DNA of 32,000 nt, from contig CP006868.1 in NCBI GenBank assembly GCA_025340205.1, positions 600,001 to 632,000 on the forward strand. Direction: 5' to 3'. The DNA is from Ignicoccus pacificus DSM 13166 (GTDB lineage: Archaea > Thermoproteota > Thermoprotei_A > Sulfolobales > Ignicoccaceae). Under the pieces are notes generated by a model. The model was not told the origin of the DNA. It saw only the letters and a list, made by a program, of their open reading frames with translations, and searched no databases. The position numbers and the translations under genes are program-made. Positions 1-8,795 of the stretch are shown here, in pieces. Numbering within the stretch: position 1 is the first letter of the stretch; the number at the start of each line of letters is the position of its first letter.

Positions 1-1
1 A

Positions 2-301
2 GAGACCATAAGCGCCGCCACCGAGGGTGCCATGAAGTACTGGGTCTGTGTACTCCACGCCCCCTACTGGTTCGCCAACTCCTTGGTGCTGGCTCCCGGA
101 AGGAACTCCTACCCGATAGTAGCAGTTCCCTACATGATCTTCTTCAGGGACTCTCCCAAGCTACCCTACCTAATAAAGTTCGCCGAGTATCTGCTGAGCG
201 ACAACATACAGAAGAACGTAGTGAGGATGGGATACGCCCCGCTGAGCAAGGCTCTAAGGATGGAGATAATCAAGGAGCTCAACATGCTCATGAGAAGGTG
301 A
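2..301 (+). CDS. C-terminal part of a PstS-like (phosphate-type) ABC transporter substrate-binding protein, truncated by the window edge
   Basis: Frame 2 stays open from base 2 (ETISAATEGAMKYW...). The motifs 'ISAA..GA', 'YPIVAVPYMIFFRD', 'LIKFAEYLLSDNIQKNVVRMGYAPLSKAL' resemble the PstS C-terminus. Ends at TGA 299-301. Confidence 0.6.
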   Translation, partial: ETISAATEGAMKYWVCVLHAPYWFANSLVLAPGRNSYPIVAVPYMIFFRDSPKLPYLIKFAEYLLSDNIQKNVVRMGYAPLSKALRMEIIKELNMLMRR

Positions 302-847
302 TTTTTTAGGCGCGGTCCCGGAGTCCATTAAACTCTTGTTATCGCCTCATGGGGTCTTCCCGTCTTCTCCTTAGGCGCGACACGTTAAGCCGCGGGCGGG
401 TCATCCCGCGCCTTCTCGTTGTGTGATCCCATCGTTCTCTAATTAACCTTAACCTTACGTTAGCAATAAATCTTTTTTACCATCCCAAGGCGAAATATAT
501 TATCGCCTCTGATCCTCAGCTCTTTATTCGCTCTCTCGCAATTATCTTTAGAATTTCTTTCAGCGTTTGCTTTGATTGAGTTTAAAGTACCTACAACTTC
601 GTACACGAGATCCGACGTATCCATTGTCCACTTCTTCTTGCTCCTCTGTGGAAAGACCTTGGTAGAGAATAGTATGACATGTTTGAATTACACGTATCGA
701 CAAGGAAAGTACAAAATAGATCCCCCAATCCTAAACTCTATTCAGTCCATAAATAGAGAAATAAGTGAGATGCGTTTGTTCTGCCTTTAAAACTACTCAA
801 ACGGTTTATTATAGGGAATACTCGCAATTACTATACGATGAGAGAAC

Positions 848-1036
848 ATGAAATACGAACTAGCGAACATGGCGCTTGGTCTCTTGGGAGTGCTCGTGTT
901 CGCCTACTTGTTCCTCACAACAAAGGACAACAGCTATATTTACTACGCCTTTGGGGCGCTAGGTTATGCAGTAGTCTACTTCTTACTCTTTATAGTCTCA
1001 ATATCAAAAAAGAGAAACATCTCCTCCATCATCTAA
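848..1036 (+). CDS. Small two-helix membrane protein, hypothetical
   Basis: 62 aa with two hydrophobic stretches (ALGLLGVLVFAYLFL, AFGALGYAVVYFLLFIVSI). More protein-like than the overlapping ORF 838-1320. Confidence 0.45.
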   Translation: MKYELANMALGLLGVLVFAYLFLTTKDNSYIYYAFGALGYAVVYFLLFIVSISKKRNISSII

Positions 1037-1072
1037 TAAGGAAAATGCTTCCACTGAGATGGGGTCGATCCT

Positions 1073-1636
1073 TTGCTCCTCAAACCCTCGGACTCTCTAA
1101 AGGAAGCGGAAAAGCTTGGGATACCCGTTCCTCTGTGGAGCTTCGAACCCAACATAGAGCCTCCGGCCTACGTGAAGGCCGACGTGGCCTATCCACACAA
1201 GAGCGACGTGGGAGGGGTGAGAAGGGCCGAGACCAAGGAAGAGCTCTTGAAGTATTACCAAGAGATCAAGGAGAGGTTCGGATCAGCAATAGTTCAGAAA
1301 GAGGTGAAGGGGAACCTTGAGCTCTTGGTATCAATGAAGCGGGATAGGGTCTTCGGGAGAGTACTGGTAGTAGCCTTAGGGGGCCTCTTAGCATCCCTAC
1401 TCAAGGAGTCGGTCGTTACGTCCTGTCCCTTCTGCGAGGAAGTCTTCGAGAAGAAGATAGAGGGTTCGAGGCTCGGGGAACTCCTCAAGGGATACAGGAG
1501 AATAAGGGTGGATAAGGAATGCCTCTTCAGCGTTTTAGAGAAGCTCTGCTCAGCGGAAGCGGAGACTTTTGAGATCAACCCCTTGCTCCTCGCCGAGGGT
1601 GGCTGTTGGGCGGTGGATGTAAAGGTCTGGAAGTAG
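1073..1636 (+). CDS. Divergent, compact ATP-grasp acyl-CoA synthetase (NDP-forming) beta-subunit-like protein
   Basis: 'HKSDVGGV' and C-terminal 'EINPLLLAEGGCWAVDVKVW' are typical ADP-forming acyl-CoA synthetase beta motifs. TTG start. Confidence 0.7.
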   Translation: MLLKPSDSLKEAEKLGIPVPLWSFEPNIEPPAYVKADVAYPHKSDVGGVRRAETKEELLKYYQEIKERFGSAIVQKEVKGNLELLVSMKRDRVFGRVLVVALGGLLASLLKESVVTSCPFCEEVFEKKIEGSRLGELLKGYRRIRVDKECLFSVLEKLCSAEAETFEINPLLLAEGGCWAVDVKVWK

Positions 1637-2082
1637 CGAGGTACTATGATGCCATCGCCCGAGGCTACGATGAACTATATGGAGAGGAGCAAGAGAGGAA
1701 ATATTATGTCGGTTTGAAGATCCTCCCACCTAAGGAGAGGGTGCTGGACGCCGGGTGTGGGACTGCCTTGCTCTCGGAGCACGTCGAGGGATACTACTTA
1801 GGAATTGACATAAGCATCGAGATGCTAAAGATAGGAAAAGAGAAGATAAGAGGTGAAACTAAGGACTTGGTTCTAGGAGACGTCCAGCTCCTCCCCCTGA
1901 GAAGTAAGAGCTTCGCTACTTGCTACTCCTTCACAGTCCTTCAGAACGTGGAGGACCCCCACAAGGCTTTGGAGGAACTGAGGAGGTGTTGTTCCTCTTG
2001 TGTGGTCAGTTCCTTAAAGGGAAAAGGTCTCGAAGATGGGGATTGCTTAGAGGTTTACCCCGACGTGCTCTGCAAGATATAA
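1606..2082 (+). CDS. SAM-dependent class I methyltransferase
   Basis: 'VLDAGCGTALLSEHV' motif I, 'GDVQLLPLRSKSFA' and 'TVLQNVEDPHKALEELRR' match the UbiE/type 11 methyltransferase pattern. Overlaps the upstream gene by 31 nt. Confidence 0.8.
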   Translation: MGGGCKGLEVARYYDAIARGYDELYGEEQERKYYVGLKILPPKERVLDAGCGTALLSEHVEGYYLGIDISIEMLKIGKEKIRGETKDLVLGDVQLLPLRSKSFATCYSFTVLQNVEDPHKALEELRRCCSSCVVSSLKGKGLEDGDCLEVYPDVLCKI

Positions 2083-2083
2083 G

Positions 2084-2422
2084 TTGCTACTGAATCCTTA
2101 TTATAGGGTCCTTCCCTTGGACCTCACTTGGGCTCCTGACGACGTCATCAAAGAGGTCCTCGAGGAGATAGAGAAGGAAGAAAAGAAGAGGAAGAAGGTA
2201 AACAGAAGGAGGCCCACGAGAAAGGACCTCATGAGAGCTATCTTGGAGGCTTTGAAGGAGGAAGTGGGTCCACAAGACTTCGTGGACTTGGTTTACGATA
2301 TCTTAGAAGAGAGGGGGTTCAACGTTAAGTTTACAAACGTCAAGAGGATATGGGGAACTTACGAGATGATGGTAAAGAAGGGATTTATTGAAGACGTGCT
2401 TGGAGTTTGTGAGAGATGCTAA
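2084..2422 (+). CDS. Hypothetical protein, probable winged-helix-like C-terminus
   Basis: ORF immediately after the methyltransferase, with a charged linker followed by 'LMRAILEALKEEVGPQDFVDLVYDILEERGFNVKFTNVKRIWGTYEMMVKKGFIED'. Start codon uncertain. Confidence 0.5.
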   Translation: MLLNPYYRVLPLDLTWAPDDVIKEVLEEIEKEEKKRKKVNRRRPTRKDLMRAILEALKEEVGPQDFVDLVYDILEERGFNVKFTNVKRIWGTYEMMVKKGFIEDVLGVCERC

Positions 2423-2425
2423 GCA

Positions 2426-2608
2426 TCAATCCATATATATTACCCTGTTCCCGACCTTCATGAAGTCGGGATCCCTATCTATGAGTCTTTCGAGTTCCTC
2501 TTGCGTTATCCTCGGTTCCCTCTCCCTCATGTACTCCAACAAGCTCTCCATCTTAGCAGAGCCTCCGAAGGAGAGAAGGGCCTCCTTAAGCAGAGACTCA
2601 CGAGACAC
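2426..2608 (-). CDS. Small helix-turn-helix-like protein (60 aa)
   Basis: GTG start. 'LLKEALLSFGGSAKMESLLEYMREREPRITQEELERLIDRDPDFMKVGNRVIYM' resembles a small wHTH. AT-rich box 'CTATTTAAAG' lies upstream on the minus strand (about 2645-2655). Confidence 0.6.
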   Translation of the reverse strand: MSRESLLKEALLSFGGSAKMESLLEYMREREPRITQEELERLIDRDPDFMKVGNRVIYMD

Positions 2609-2667
2609 CCGTCAACACCGTGCCTCGCCTAGGGGGCCTCCTTTAAATAGGGATTAGGTAGACCGAC

Positions 2668-3756
2668 TTATCCCTCTACCTCCTCCAAGCTAAGTCTTTC
2701 CCTCTTAGCAACTTGGATCGCTTTCTTAGCCAGAACTTTAACGTTGTAACCGGTCTTAGCTGATATCGGCACCAGTCCCTCAAACCTATCGTAATACCCT
2801 CCTATCACCTCGCTGATCTCCTTTGCCTTATCTTGCCAATCTTGAGCCAAGTCAACTTTGTTTAGAGCAACGATAAGGGGTTTTGCTATAACTCCTATGT
2901 TGGCCAACGTCTCCAAGCTACTCAAAGTCTTGTCGATAACTCTCTTCTTGGACTCACTAGAATCTATTACCAAGATTACGGCGTCGGAGTAGGCTATTTC
3001 AGATAGGGTAGCGTGGAAGGCCTCCACTATCTGGGGCGGAACGCTCTCTATAAAGCCCACCGTGTCGACGAATATTCCTTCCTCGCCATCGACCCATACC
3101 CTAGCGTGCTTTGGAAGCACCGTAGTGAACATTTCAGCTCCCTCCTTGAGCCTTAATTTGCTCAACGAATTCAGAAGGGCCGTCTTCCCTGCGCAAGTGT
3201 AGCCGGCTATCGCTATCTCGGGGATCTTGAGCTTCTGCAACCTCCTGCTTTTTTGTTGCTCCCTCATCTTTCTTATCCTTTCGAGCTTGTCCTCAATCTT
3301 TTTCATCCTCCTATGGATAGCCTTTATCACGTAATCGACTGCGTACTCTCCAGGACCTAGGAAGAACACTTGCTCACCTTTTTTCACCGTCCTTATATAT
3401 TCCCTGGCCATCGTCAGCTCGTACTTAAGCCTCGCCAGCTCTGTCTGGAGCTTCGCCTCCTCACTTCCAGCGTGGAGCTCGAAGATCTTCAGGATCAAAG
3501 AAGTCCTATCTATAACCTCAACTTTGAGATCTCTCATTATTCTGTATATTTGAGAGGGCTTCGGATTACCGTAAACCACGACTACCTCTGCTCCCTTCTC
3601 CTCCACCAATTCCTTGATCCTCTCGAGCCTTCCCGGCCCCACGTAGGTGGCTGGGTGAGGCCTTCTACACATGGGAACTACTTCGACTACCTCTAGGCCC
3701 GCCGTCTCGCAGAGGCCCAAGGCCTCTTGGAAGTCAGGCCTCTTGGGACAAGCCAC
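2668..3756 (-). CDS. hflX: HflX-family ribosome-associated GTPase
   Basis: 'YVGPGRLERIKELVEEKGAEVVVV', 'GYTCAGKTALLNSL' (G1), 'DTVGFIESVPPQIVEAFHATL' (G3) and 'NKVDL' (G4). The ORF-track start (GTG) may be slightly internal. Confidence 0.92.
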   Translation of the reverse strand: MACPKRPDFQEALGLCETAGLEVVEVVPMCRRPHPATYVGPGRLERIKELVEEKGAEVVVVYGNPKPSQIYRIMRDLKVEVIDRTSLILKIFELHAGSEEAKLQTELARLKYELTMAREYIRTVKKGEQVFFLGPGEYAVDYVIKAIHRRMKKIEDKLERIRKMREQQKSRRLQKLKIPEIAIAGYTCAGKTALLNSLSKLRLKEGAEMFTTVLPKHARVWVDGEEGIFVDTVGFIESVPPQIVEAFHATLSEIAYSDAVILVIDSSESKKRVIDKTLSSLETLANIGVIAKPLIVALNKVDLAQDWQDKAKEISEVIGGYYDRFEGLVPISAKTGYNVKVLAKKAIQVAKRERLSLEEVEG

Positions 3757-3784
3757 TAGTACCGCCTTCTTCAGAGCGTAGCCC

Positions 3785-3803
3785 CCAAGCGGGAACCGCT
3801 TGG
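3785..3803. other. Perfect 8-bp inverted repeat (hairpin CCAAGCGG-GAA-CCGCTTGG)
   Basis: Read directly between the divergent HflX and epimerase genes. Confidence 0.7.
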
Positions 3804-3843
3804 TAGTTATGTGTTTAGCACTCCTCGTTATGGGGAGAAGCGC

Positions 3844-4644
3844 TTGAAGTACGCCCTTTTGGGAGGCTGGGGTTACGTAGGAGCGAACTTGGCGGAGCTC
3901 TTGGACTCTTGCGTAATAACTAGAAAAAGCTCTAAAGAGAGAAGACCCTTCTTAGCGCCCATATTTGAAGATAAGGAAGTTATTGAAATAAATGAAGTAA
4001 CCGAGGAAGAACTTCGAAAGGCGTTGGAGGAGTGCGGTGCAGACGTGCTCGTGTACCTAATAGGTAAGATAAAGGGGAGTTACGAGGAGATGAAGGAGGC
4101 TCACGTGGACAAGGCTCTCTTAGCTTACGAGGTGAGCGAGGAGCTCGGGATGAGGTTCGTCTACACAAGCTCTGTCGCTGCCATGGGATTTGCCGACAAG
4201 TGCAAGACTGGAGGCTTTGTGATGGAGGAGGACGAACTCCTAGAGGGATGCGAGCCCTTTGGTGATGTCTCTGTGACCAAGGCGGAAGGCGAACTAAGGT
4301 TATGGGAGAGGTCGAGGGGAAACGTCGGAATAGTGAGGCCGGCCTTGTTCTGGGGAAGGTATGCCTACCATCCCGAATGGAAGTTATTGAAGCTCTTCAA
4401 GAAGCTTAGGATACCCGTTCCAGAGATCAGCGTCACCAGCGCTCAGTGCATGGCTATAGCGGTCGAGACCGCTGCTGAGAGGAGGGGCTGGTACATAGCG
4501 TCCGATAAAACCCTTTCGGACTTAGGGCTGAAGACCGTAGAGGTAAAGCTACCGAAGGACTTGATTAAAAAAGCTCCTAGGTCCTTGCACCTACCCCTCT
4601 TGGTTATGAGGTACAAGTACTCATCCCGCTACTTGCCGTGTTAA
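3844..4644 (+). CDS. NAD(P)-dependent epimerase/dehydratase-like (extended SDR) protein
   Basis: N-terminal Rossmann motif 'YALLGGWGYVGANLAELL'; 'VYTSSVAAMG' and 'IVRPALFWG'. TTG at 3844 is more plausible than the ORF-track start at 3811. Confidence 0.75.
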   Translation: MKYALLGGWGYVGANLAELLDSCVITRKSSKERRPFLAPIFEDKEVIEINEVTEEELRKALEECGADVLVYLIGKIKGSYEEMKEAHVDKALLAYEVSEELGMRFVYTSSVAAMGFADKCKTGGFVMEEDELLEGCEPFGDVSVTKAEGELRLWERSRGNVGIVRPALFWGRYAYHPEWKLLKLFKKLRIPVPEISVTSAQCMAIAVETAAERRGWYIASDKTLSDLGLKTVEVKLPKDLIKKAPRSLHLPLLVMRYKYSSRYLPC

Positions 4645-5252
4645 GCGGAGCTCAGCACCTTTACTGCAACTATTGCACTAGCGCTCACCAAGATCAGCGC
4701 TATCGAGTCTAGTAGCAGCGCGTTGAAGGGCGTTAGGAAGTGGTGGGCGGTGAAGGTCAAGGCGAAGAACGCGAAGGCCAGAGCCATTATGGTACCTGGT
4801 ACGTCCTTGGCCTCCTTGTATATCTCGTAGGCGCTGTAGAGCGCTATTAGGAAGGTCGGTATACCGTATACTATATGACTCAGTTTTGATATTTCTCTGT
4901 TTCCTATGGCCAGGCCTCCGTACTTGAATATCAACGCCAGTATGAAGAACCCCACTACTGCCTCGAAGAGCTTCTTGTTGCCGGTGACGCTGTATATCGA
5001 ATACATGAAGGCCAACAGTCCTAGAGCTAGGAGTAGGTAGCCTAGGTGGTTGTATATCATTACGTCTTGCTTCGGTACTCCTAGGTGCATCCACAAGTGG
5101 GTCGCCCAAGTCCAGCTGAACACTCCTAGGGATGCTAGTATCATTCCTCCCATTATTATTGCAGTCTCCTTGGTTCTATTGAACAAGTACAACAGGATAG
5201 ACGTTATTAGTGCTACGCCCGACAACGCGAAGATAATATAGTGAACGTCCAC
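4641..5252 (-). CDS. Polytopic membrane protein, hypothetical
   Basis: About six hydrophobic segments in 203 aa. GTG start; TATA-like box upstream at 5283-5294 on the minus strand. Confidence 0.75.
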   Translation of the reverse strand: MDVHYIIFALSGVALITSILLYLFNRTKETAIIMGGMILASLGVFSWTWATHLWMHLGVPKQDVMIYNHLGYLLLALGLLAFMYSIYSVTGNKKLFEAVVGFFILALIFKYGGLAIGNREISKLSHIVYGIPTFLIALYSAYEIYKEAKDVPGTIMALAFAFFALTFTAHHFLTPFNALLLDSIALILVSASAIVAVKVLSSA

Positions 5253-5282
5253 TTCTGTTCACCACCAGTCAGTCAAAATCAA

Positions 5283-5294
5283 GCTATATATTAG
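5283..5294 (-). promoter_or_regulatory. Putative TATA box (CTAATATATAGC) for the 4641-5252 gene
   Basis: Centre is about 36 nt upstream of the GTG start, consistent with a short or leaderless archaeal transcript. Confidence 0.4.
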
Positions 5295-5324
5295 ATTTGG
5301 GCTCAGCTTCTTTTCAATGAGAGA

Positions 5325-6137
5325 TCAACAAATTCTTATGATAGAGTCTATAAGCTTAAACAACTGTTTCTCATCGTAGACATCTTTTTTGAAGAAGGGT
5401 ATAGCATAAGTAGGGCTTTTGAGACATATCCTTTCCCCGGTACTCTTATTCAAGAAACTCATCGAGTGTCTTATCCCAAACTCCTCTAGCTCCTCCGCCC
5501 CTCTCAGAGCTATCTTTAGGGGAAACCTCTCAGGCGTCGAAACCAAGACGTACTTCGAATCCTTTATTTCCTTTAAGACGTAATCCGCTATCTCCCTCCA
5601 CTTCTCTATTACCTTCAAGATTTTGGAACCTCTAAGGCCTAACTTAACTATTATCTTCCCGTATACTTTGGTGGCAGAGGTCATGTGATCATAGAAAATT
5701 TTCTCCGTCTTTAACATGTGGAGGACTGGGCCGAGGGGAGGGGTGTCAAAGTAGAGTACCTCAGCCCCCAGCTCTTGGGCTTTCTCCAAAGCAAACAACA
5801 TGGCGAACTGCTCAGGAACCCCGGGAGCTGTGGAAACGTGCTCCATCACTTCTTCTGCCTCTTTCCCTCTAATTCCAAGATCATCTAGTATTTCCTTTAG
5901 ATCCTCTCCGAACCTCTCGATCCAGAGCTTCCTGACCTTATCGTAATCTATTTCTGCAAAGTACTTTCCCTTATACTCAACGGGCTCGAAGGAGCACCTT
6001 ATGCCGATGACCTCACAGAGGTTGGGTAAGGGGTCTAGGGACATGGCAAACGTCCTCCTTTCCTCTTTAAGAGCTAGGGCGGCTGTAACGGTAGTTTTGC
6101 CCACACCTCCTTTTCCCACGACGAATATCTTATCCAA
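5325..6137 (-). CDS. ArsA/Get3-family ATPase, single domain
   Basis: Deviant Walker A 'GKGGVGKTT', 'SLDPLPNLCEVIG' and 'DTPPLGPVLHML'. TTG start overlaps the end of the helicase gene. Confidence 0.82.
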   Translation of the reverse strand: MDKIFVVGKGGVGKTTVTAALALKEERRTFAMSLDPLPNLCEVIGIRCSFEPVEYKGKYFAEIDYDKVRKLWIERFGEDLKEILDDLGIRGKEAEEVMEHVSTAPGVPEQFAMLFALEKAQELGAEVLYFDTPPLGPVLHMLKTEKIFYDHMTSATKVYGKIIVKLGLRGSKILKVIEKWREIADYVLKEIKDSKYVLVSTPERFPLKIALRGAEELEEFGIRHSMSFLNKSTGERICLKSPTYAIPFFKKDVYDEKQLFKLIDSIIRIC

Positions 6138-8748
6138 AGCTCAACCCGGTTTTCTGATCGGTCGAGCTTAATTCTTGCCTAAGCCCTATTCTCTGAAGTA
6201 CCATTTCCCTAAGCCTTTGCAATAACTTCCTCTTATCCTCCATTAATACCACGTCACTGAAGGACTTGGCAACTATTACGTGGGCGAACGGGCTGGGGAC
6301 GTCCAGGGGACCCACCACTCTGACCTCTACCCCCCCTTCGTGTATTCTTTTCACCGTTTCCAAGGCAGCCTCTATGTTCATATAGTCCTCCAGTATTTCC
6401 CTCAGCGTCTCCTTGTAAACGGGAAAGCCCTCGATGTTCTCAACCACCTTAATCAAATGCTGTGCCGAGAGCTGAAGCCTTTCGGGACTCTTCTCCCTTC
6501 CCATGTACCTCTTCAGTATCATGAATGACCTCTGAGCACAGTGCCTAAACCTCCTCTTGAACAGCTCCGTCCTCTTGACCGCTTCCTCCACGAGGGTCCT
6601 AAGGTTCTCCGGAGTAACTCCCCTTACCACCTCCATTGGGTCTACAGCTCTTTCCCTTGGAACGGTAAGCATGAAGCCGTAGTCGGTGACGGTGACGCTA
6701 ACGTTGGTGCCGGTAAGCTCTCCCAGCTTGTAGGCATAAGCTCTAGAGAGGGCGTCGATGCCCCTCCTCCCTATTAGGTAATGGAAGATGTAGTTTATTG
6801 TGTTGTCCTCTATGTTCTCCCAAATTTCAACGAGATAGGTCTTGTCCCCGGGCACAATGCCAACGTATCTTAACTGTTCCTCAGCGTACTCCTTCAGCGC
6901 CTTGGCTGCATGAGGTTCTAGAAGGTACCTCTCGATGAGTTCCTTCTCGCTCATACTAGGTAGACTTTCCCTGAACTTAGCCATCTCCCTGGCGGAGTCG
7001 TAAGCTAAAGGAAGCATCTCGCTGAACCAAGCGGGGACAGTCGGCCTTTCGCTAGGAGCCGGCTCCACGTAGATCCTCATTCCGTTAGCATAGAGGAACT
7101 TGTAGGTCCTACCACTTAACACGAACACGTCTCCGGGAACCAAGTTCTGCACGAAGAGCTCCTCCACGTGGCCGAGCAGCTGCTTGGTCTTAGCGTCGTA
7201 TACCTTAACCTTGCTTTCATCCGGTATAGTGCCCGCGTTCATCATGTATATCATTCTAGCTTGTCTCTTCCTCTTTAACACGTTCTTCTCCTTGTCCCAG
7301 TAGAGCTTGGAGTAAACCTTCTCGTCCTCGAGTCCGTATTCCCCAGCCAAGTACTTGACGACAGAGAGGAAGTCCTCCCAGCTCAAGTTCCAGTAGGGAT
7401 AAGCCCTCTTGGTGACTTCGTATGCCGTATCCAGTGGAATTTCGCCGTGCTCTATTGTCAAGCTTATCAAGTGCTGAGCTAAGACGTCCAAGGCGTTCCG
7501 AGGGATCCTAACTCTGTCTATCTTCCTATCTAACGCCAACTTGACGAGGACAGTATTTTCCATAAGGTCGTCCCTATCAACTACTATCACCCTCCCCTTC
7601 GAGACGGCATCTATCCTATGACCGGCCCTCCCTACCCTCTGCAAGAGTCTGCTCACGCTCTTAGGGCTTGAGAGGAGCACTACCAAGTCCACGTGTCCTA
7701 TATCTATTCCCATTTCCAATGATGTAGAGGTCACCACAACCTTCAACTCTCCCTTCTTCAGCTTCTCCTCGACCTCCAGCCTCACTTCCCTGGAAAGCGA
7801 GGAGTGATGGGTCTCTACCTTATCAGCCAGTCCTTCCTTTTCCAAGAGCTGCTTTAGCTTGAAGGCTACCTTCTCCGTGGAGTGTCTTGTATTGGTGAAT
7901 ATTATTACGCTGTTGTGACTCTTTATCAACTCAACCAACTTTTCATAGATCGCTTTATTGAGTTCCTCAGCGCTAGCATTAACTATGTCCTTAACCGGGC
8001 AGATGACCCTAATATCAACGGGTTTGGCGAATCTGGCGTCGACTATCCACGCCTCCCTATCCTTCCCCACCAAGAACTTCGCGACCTTCTCGAGAGGATG
8101 AATGGTAGCGGAGAGCCCTATCCTCACGAACTCCCCGGACCAGAGGGCCAACCTCTCCAAGGTCAAGGAGAGGTGGGTTCCTCTCTTACTAGATGCCATC
8201 TCGTGTATCTCATCCACTATAACGTACTCCACCCCCTTGAGCCTCTCCTTGAACTTCGTCGAGGCTAAGGCTATTGCCAGGCTCTCCGGGGTGGTGATCA
8301 GGATGTGCGGAGGCTTCCTTAACTGTCTCTGCTTCTCCGAGGGCGAGGTATCGCTAGTCCTTATCCCTACCCTCACCTCCTGAACCTCTTTTATTCCCTT
8401 CTCGGCCATCACTTGCCTTATCTCATTTAATGGCTCTACCAGGTTCCTCCTCATGTCGTTTCCCAACGCTCTCAAGGGAGAGACGTAGACAGCGTATACC
8501 TTGTCCTCGAGCTCCCCTCTTACAGCCTTTGCCAGAAGATCATCTAGAATTCCCAAGAAGGCAGCCAAAGTCTTCCCTGTTCCGGTAGGCGAGGAGATGA
8601 GTACGTTCTTTCTCTCTTTGATAAGCTTTATCGCTCCCCTTTGAGGAGGGCTCAGCTTGGAGTACTTTCTAGTGAACCACTCCCTCACGAAGGGCTGGAG
8701 CAGACCCAGAACCTCATCGCTCTCGGGCAAAGGCTCGAAGAGCTTCAC
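6130..8748 (-). CDS. Lhr-type (ASCE superfamily 2) ATP-dependent DNA/RNA helicase
   Basis: 'LISSPTGTGKT' (motif I), 'VDEIHEM' (motif II), 'GLSATI' (motif III), 'QRVGRAGHR' (motif VI), plus a long Lhr-core C-terminal region. The ORF runs to 8823; GTG 8748 is a likelier start. Confidence 0.9.
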   Translation of the reverse strand: MKLFEPLPESDEVLGLLQPFVREWFTRKYSKLSPPQRGAIKLIKERKNVLISSPTGTGKTLAAFLGILDDLLAKAVRGELEDKVYAVYVSPLRALGNDMRRNLVEPLNEIRQVMAEKGIKEVQEVRVGIRTSDTSPSEKQRQLRKPPHILITTPESLAIALASTKFKERLKGVEYVIVDEIHEMASSKRGTHLSLTLERLALWSGEFVRIGLSATIHPLEKVAKFLVGKDREAWIVDARFAKPVDIRVICPVKDIVNASAEELNKAIYEKLVELIKSHNSVIIFTNTRHSTEKVAFKLKQLLEKEGLADKVETHHSSLSREVRLEVEEKLKKGELKVVVTSTSLEMGIDIGHVDLVVLLSSPKSVSRLLQRVGRAGHRIDAVSKGRVIVVDRDDLMENTVLVKLALDRKIDRVRIPRNALDVLAQHLISLTIEHGEIPLDTAYEVTKRAYPYWNLSWEDFLSVVKYLAGEYGLEDEKVYSKLYWDKEKNVLKRKRQARMIYMMNAGTIPDESKVKVYDAKTKQLLGHVEELFVQNLVPGDVFVLSGRTYKFLYANGMRIYVEPAPSERPTVPAWFSEMLPLAYDSAREMAKFRESLPSMSEKELIERYLLEPHAAKALKEYAEEQLRYVGIVPGDKTYLVEIWENIEDNTINYIFHYLIGRRGIDALSRAYAYKLGELTGTNVSVTVTDYGFMLTVPRERAVDPMEVVRGVTPENLRTLVEEAVKRTELFKRRFRHCAQRSFMILKRYMGREKSPERLQLSAQHLIKVVENIEGFPVYKETLREILEDYMNIEAALETVKRIHEGGVEVRVVGPLDVPSPFAHVIVAKSFSDVVLMEDKRKLLQRLREMVLQRIGLRQELSSTDQKTGLSFG

Positions 8749-8795
8749 TGACAACAGTGTTACCCGACTGCGGGTCAAACACGGTAAAAAGAGCG

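Noticed and set aside
838-1320. 160-aa ORF overlapping the small membrane protein and the acyl-CoA synthetase-like gene
   Set aside because: Low-complexity, Arg/Gly-rich translation in an alternative frame. The frames used by 848-1036 and 1073-1636 give recognisable protein features.
7882-8268. 128-aa plus-strand ORF and several other long antisense ORFs within the Lhr helicase gene
   Set aside because: They lie wholly antisense to a strongly supported helicase. Long antisense open frames are expected from codon bias.
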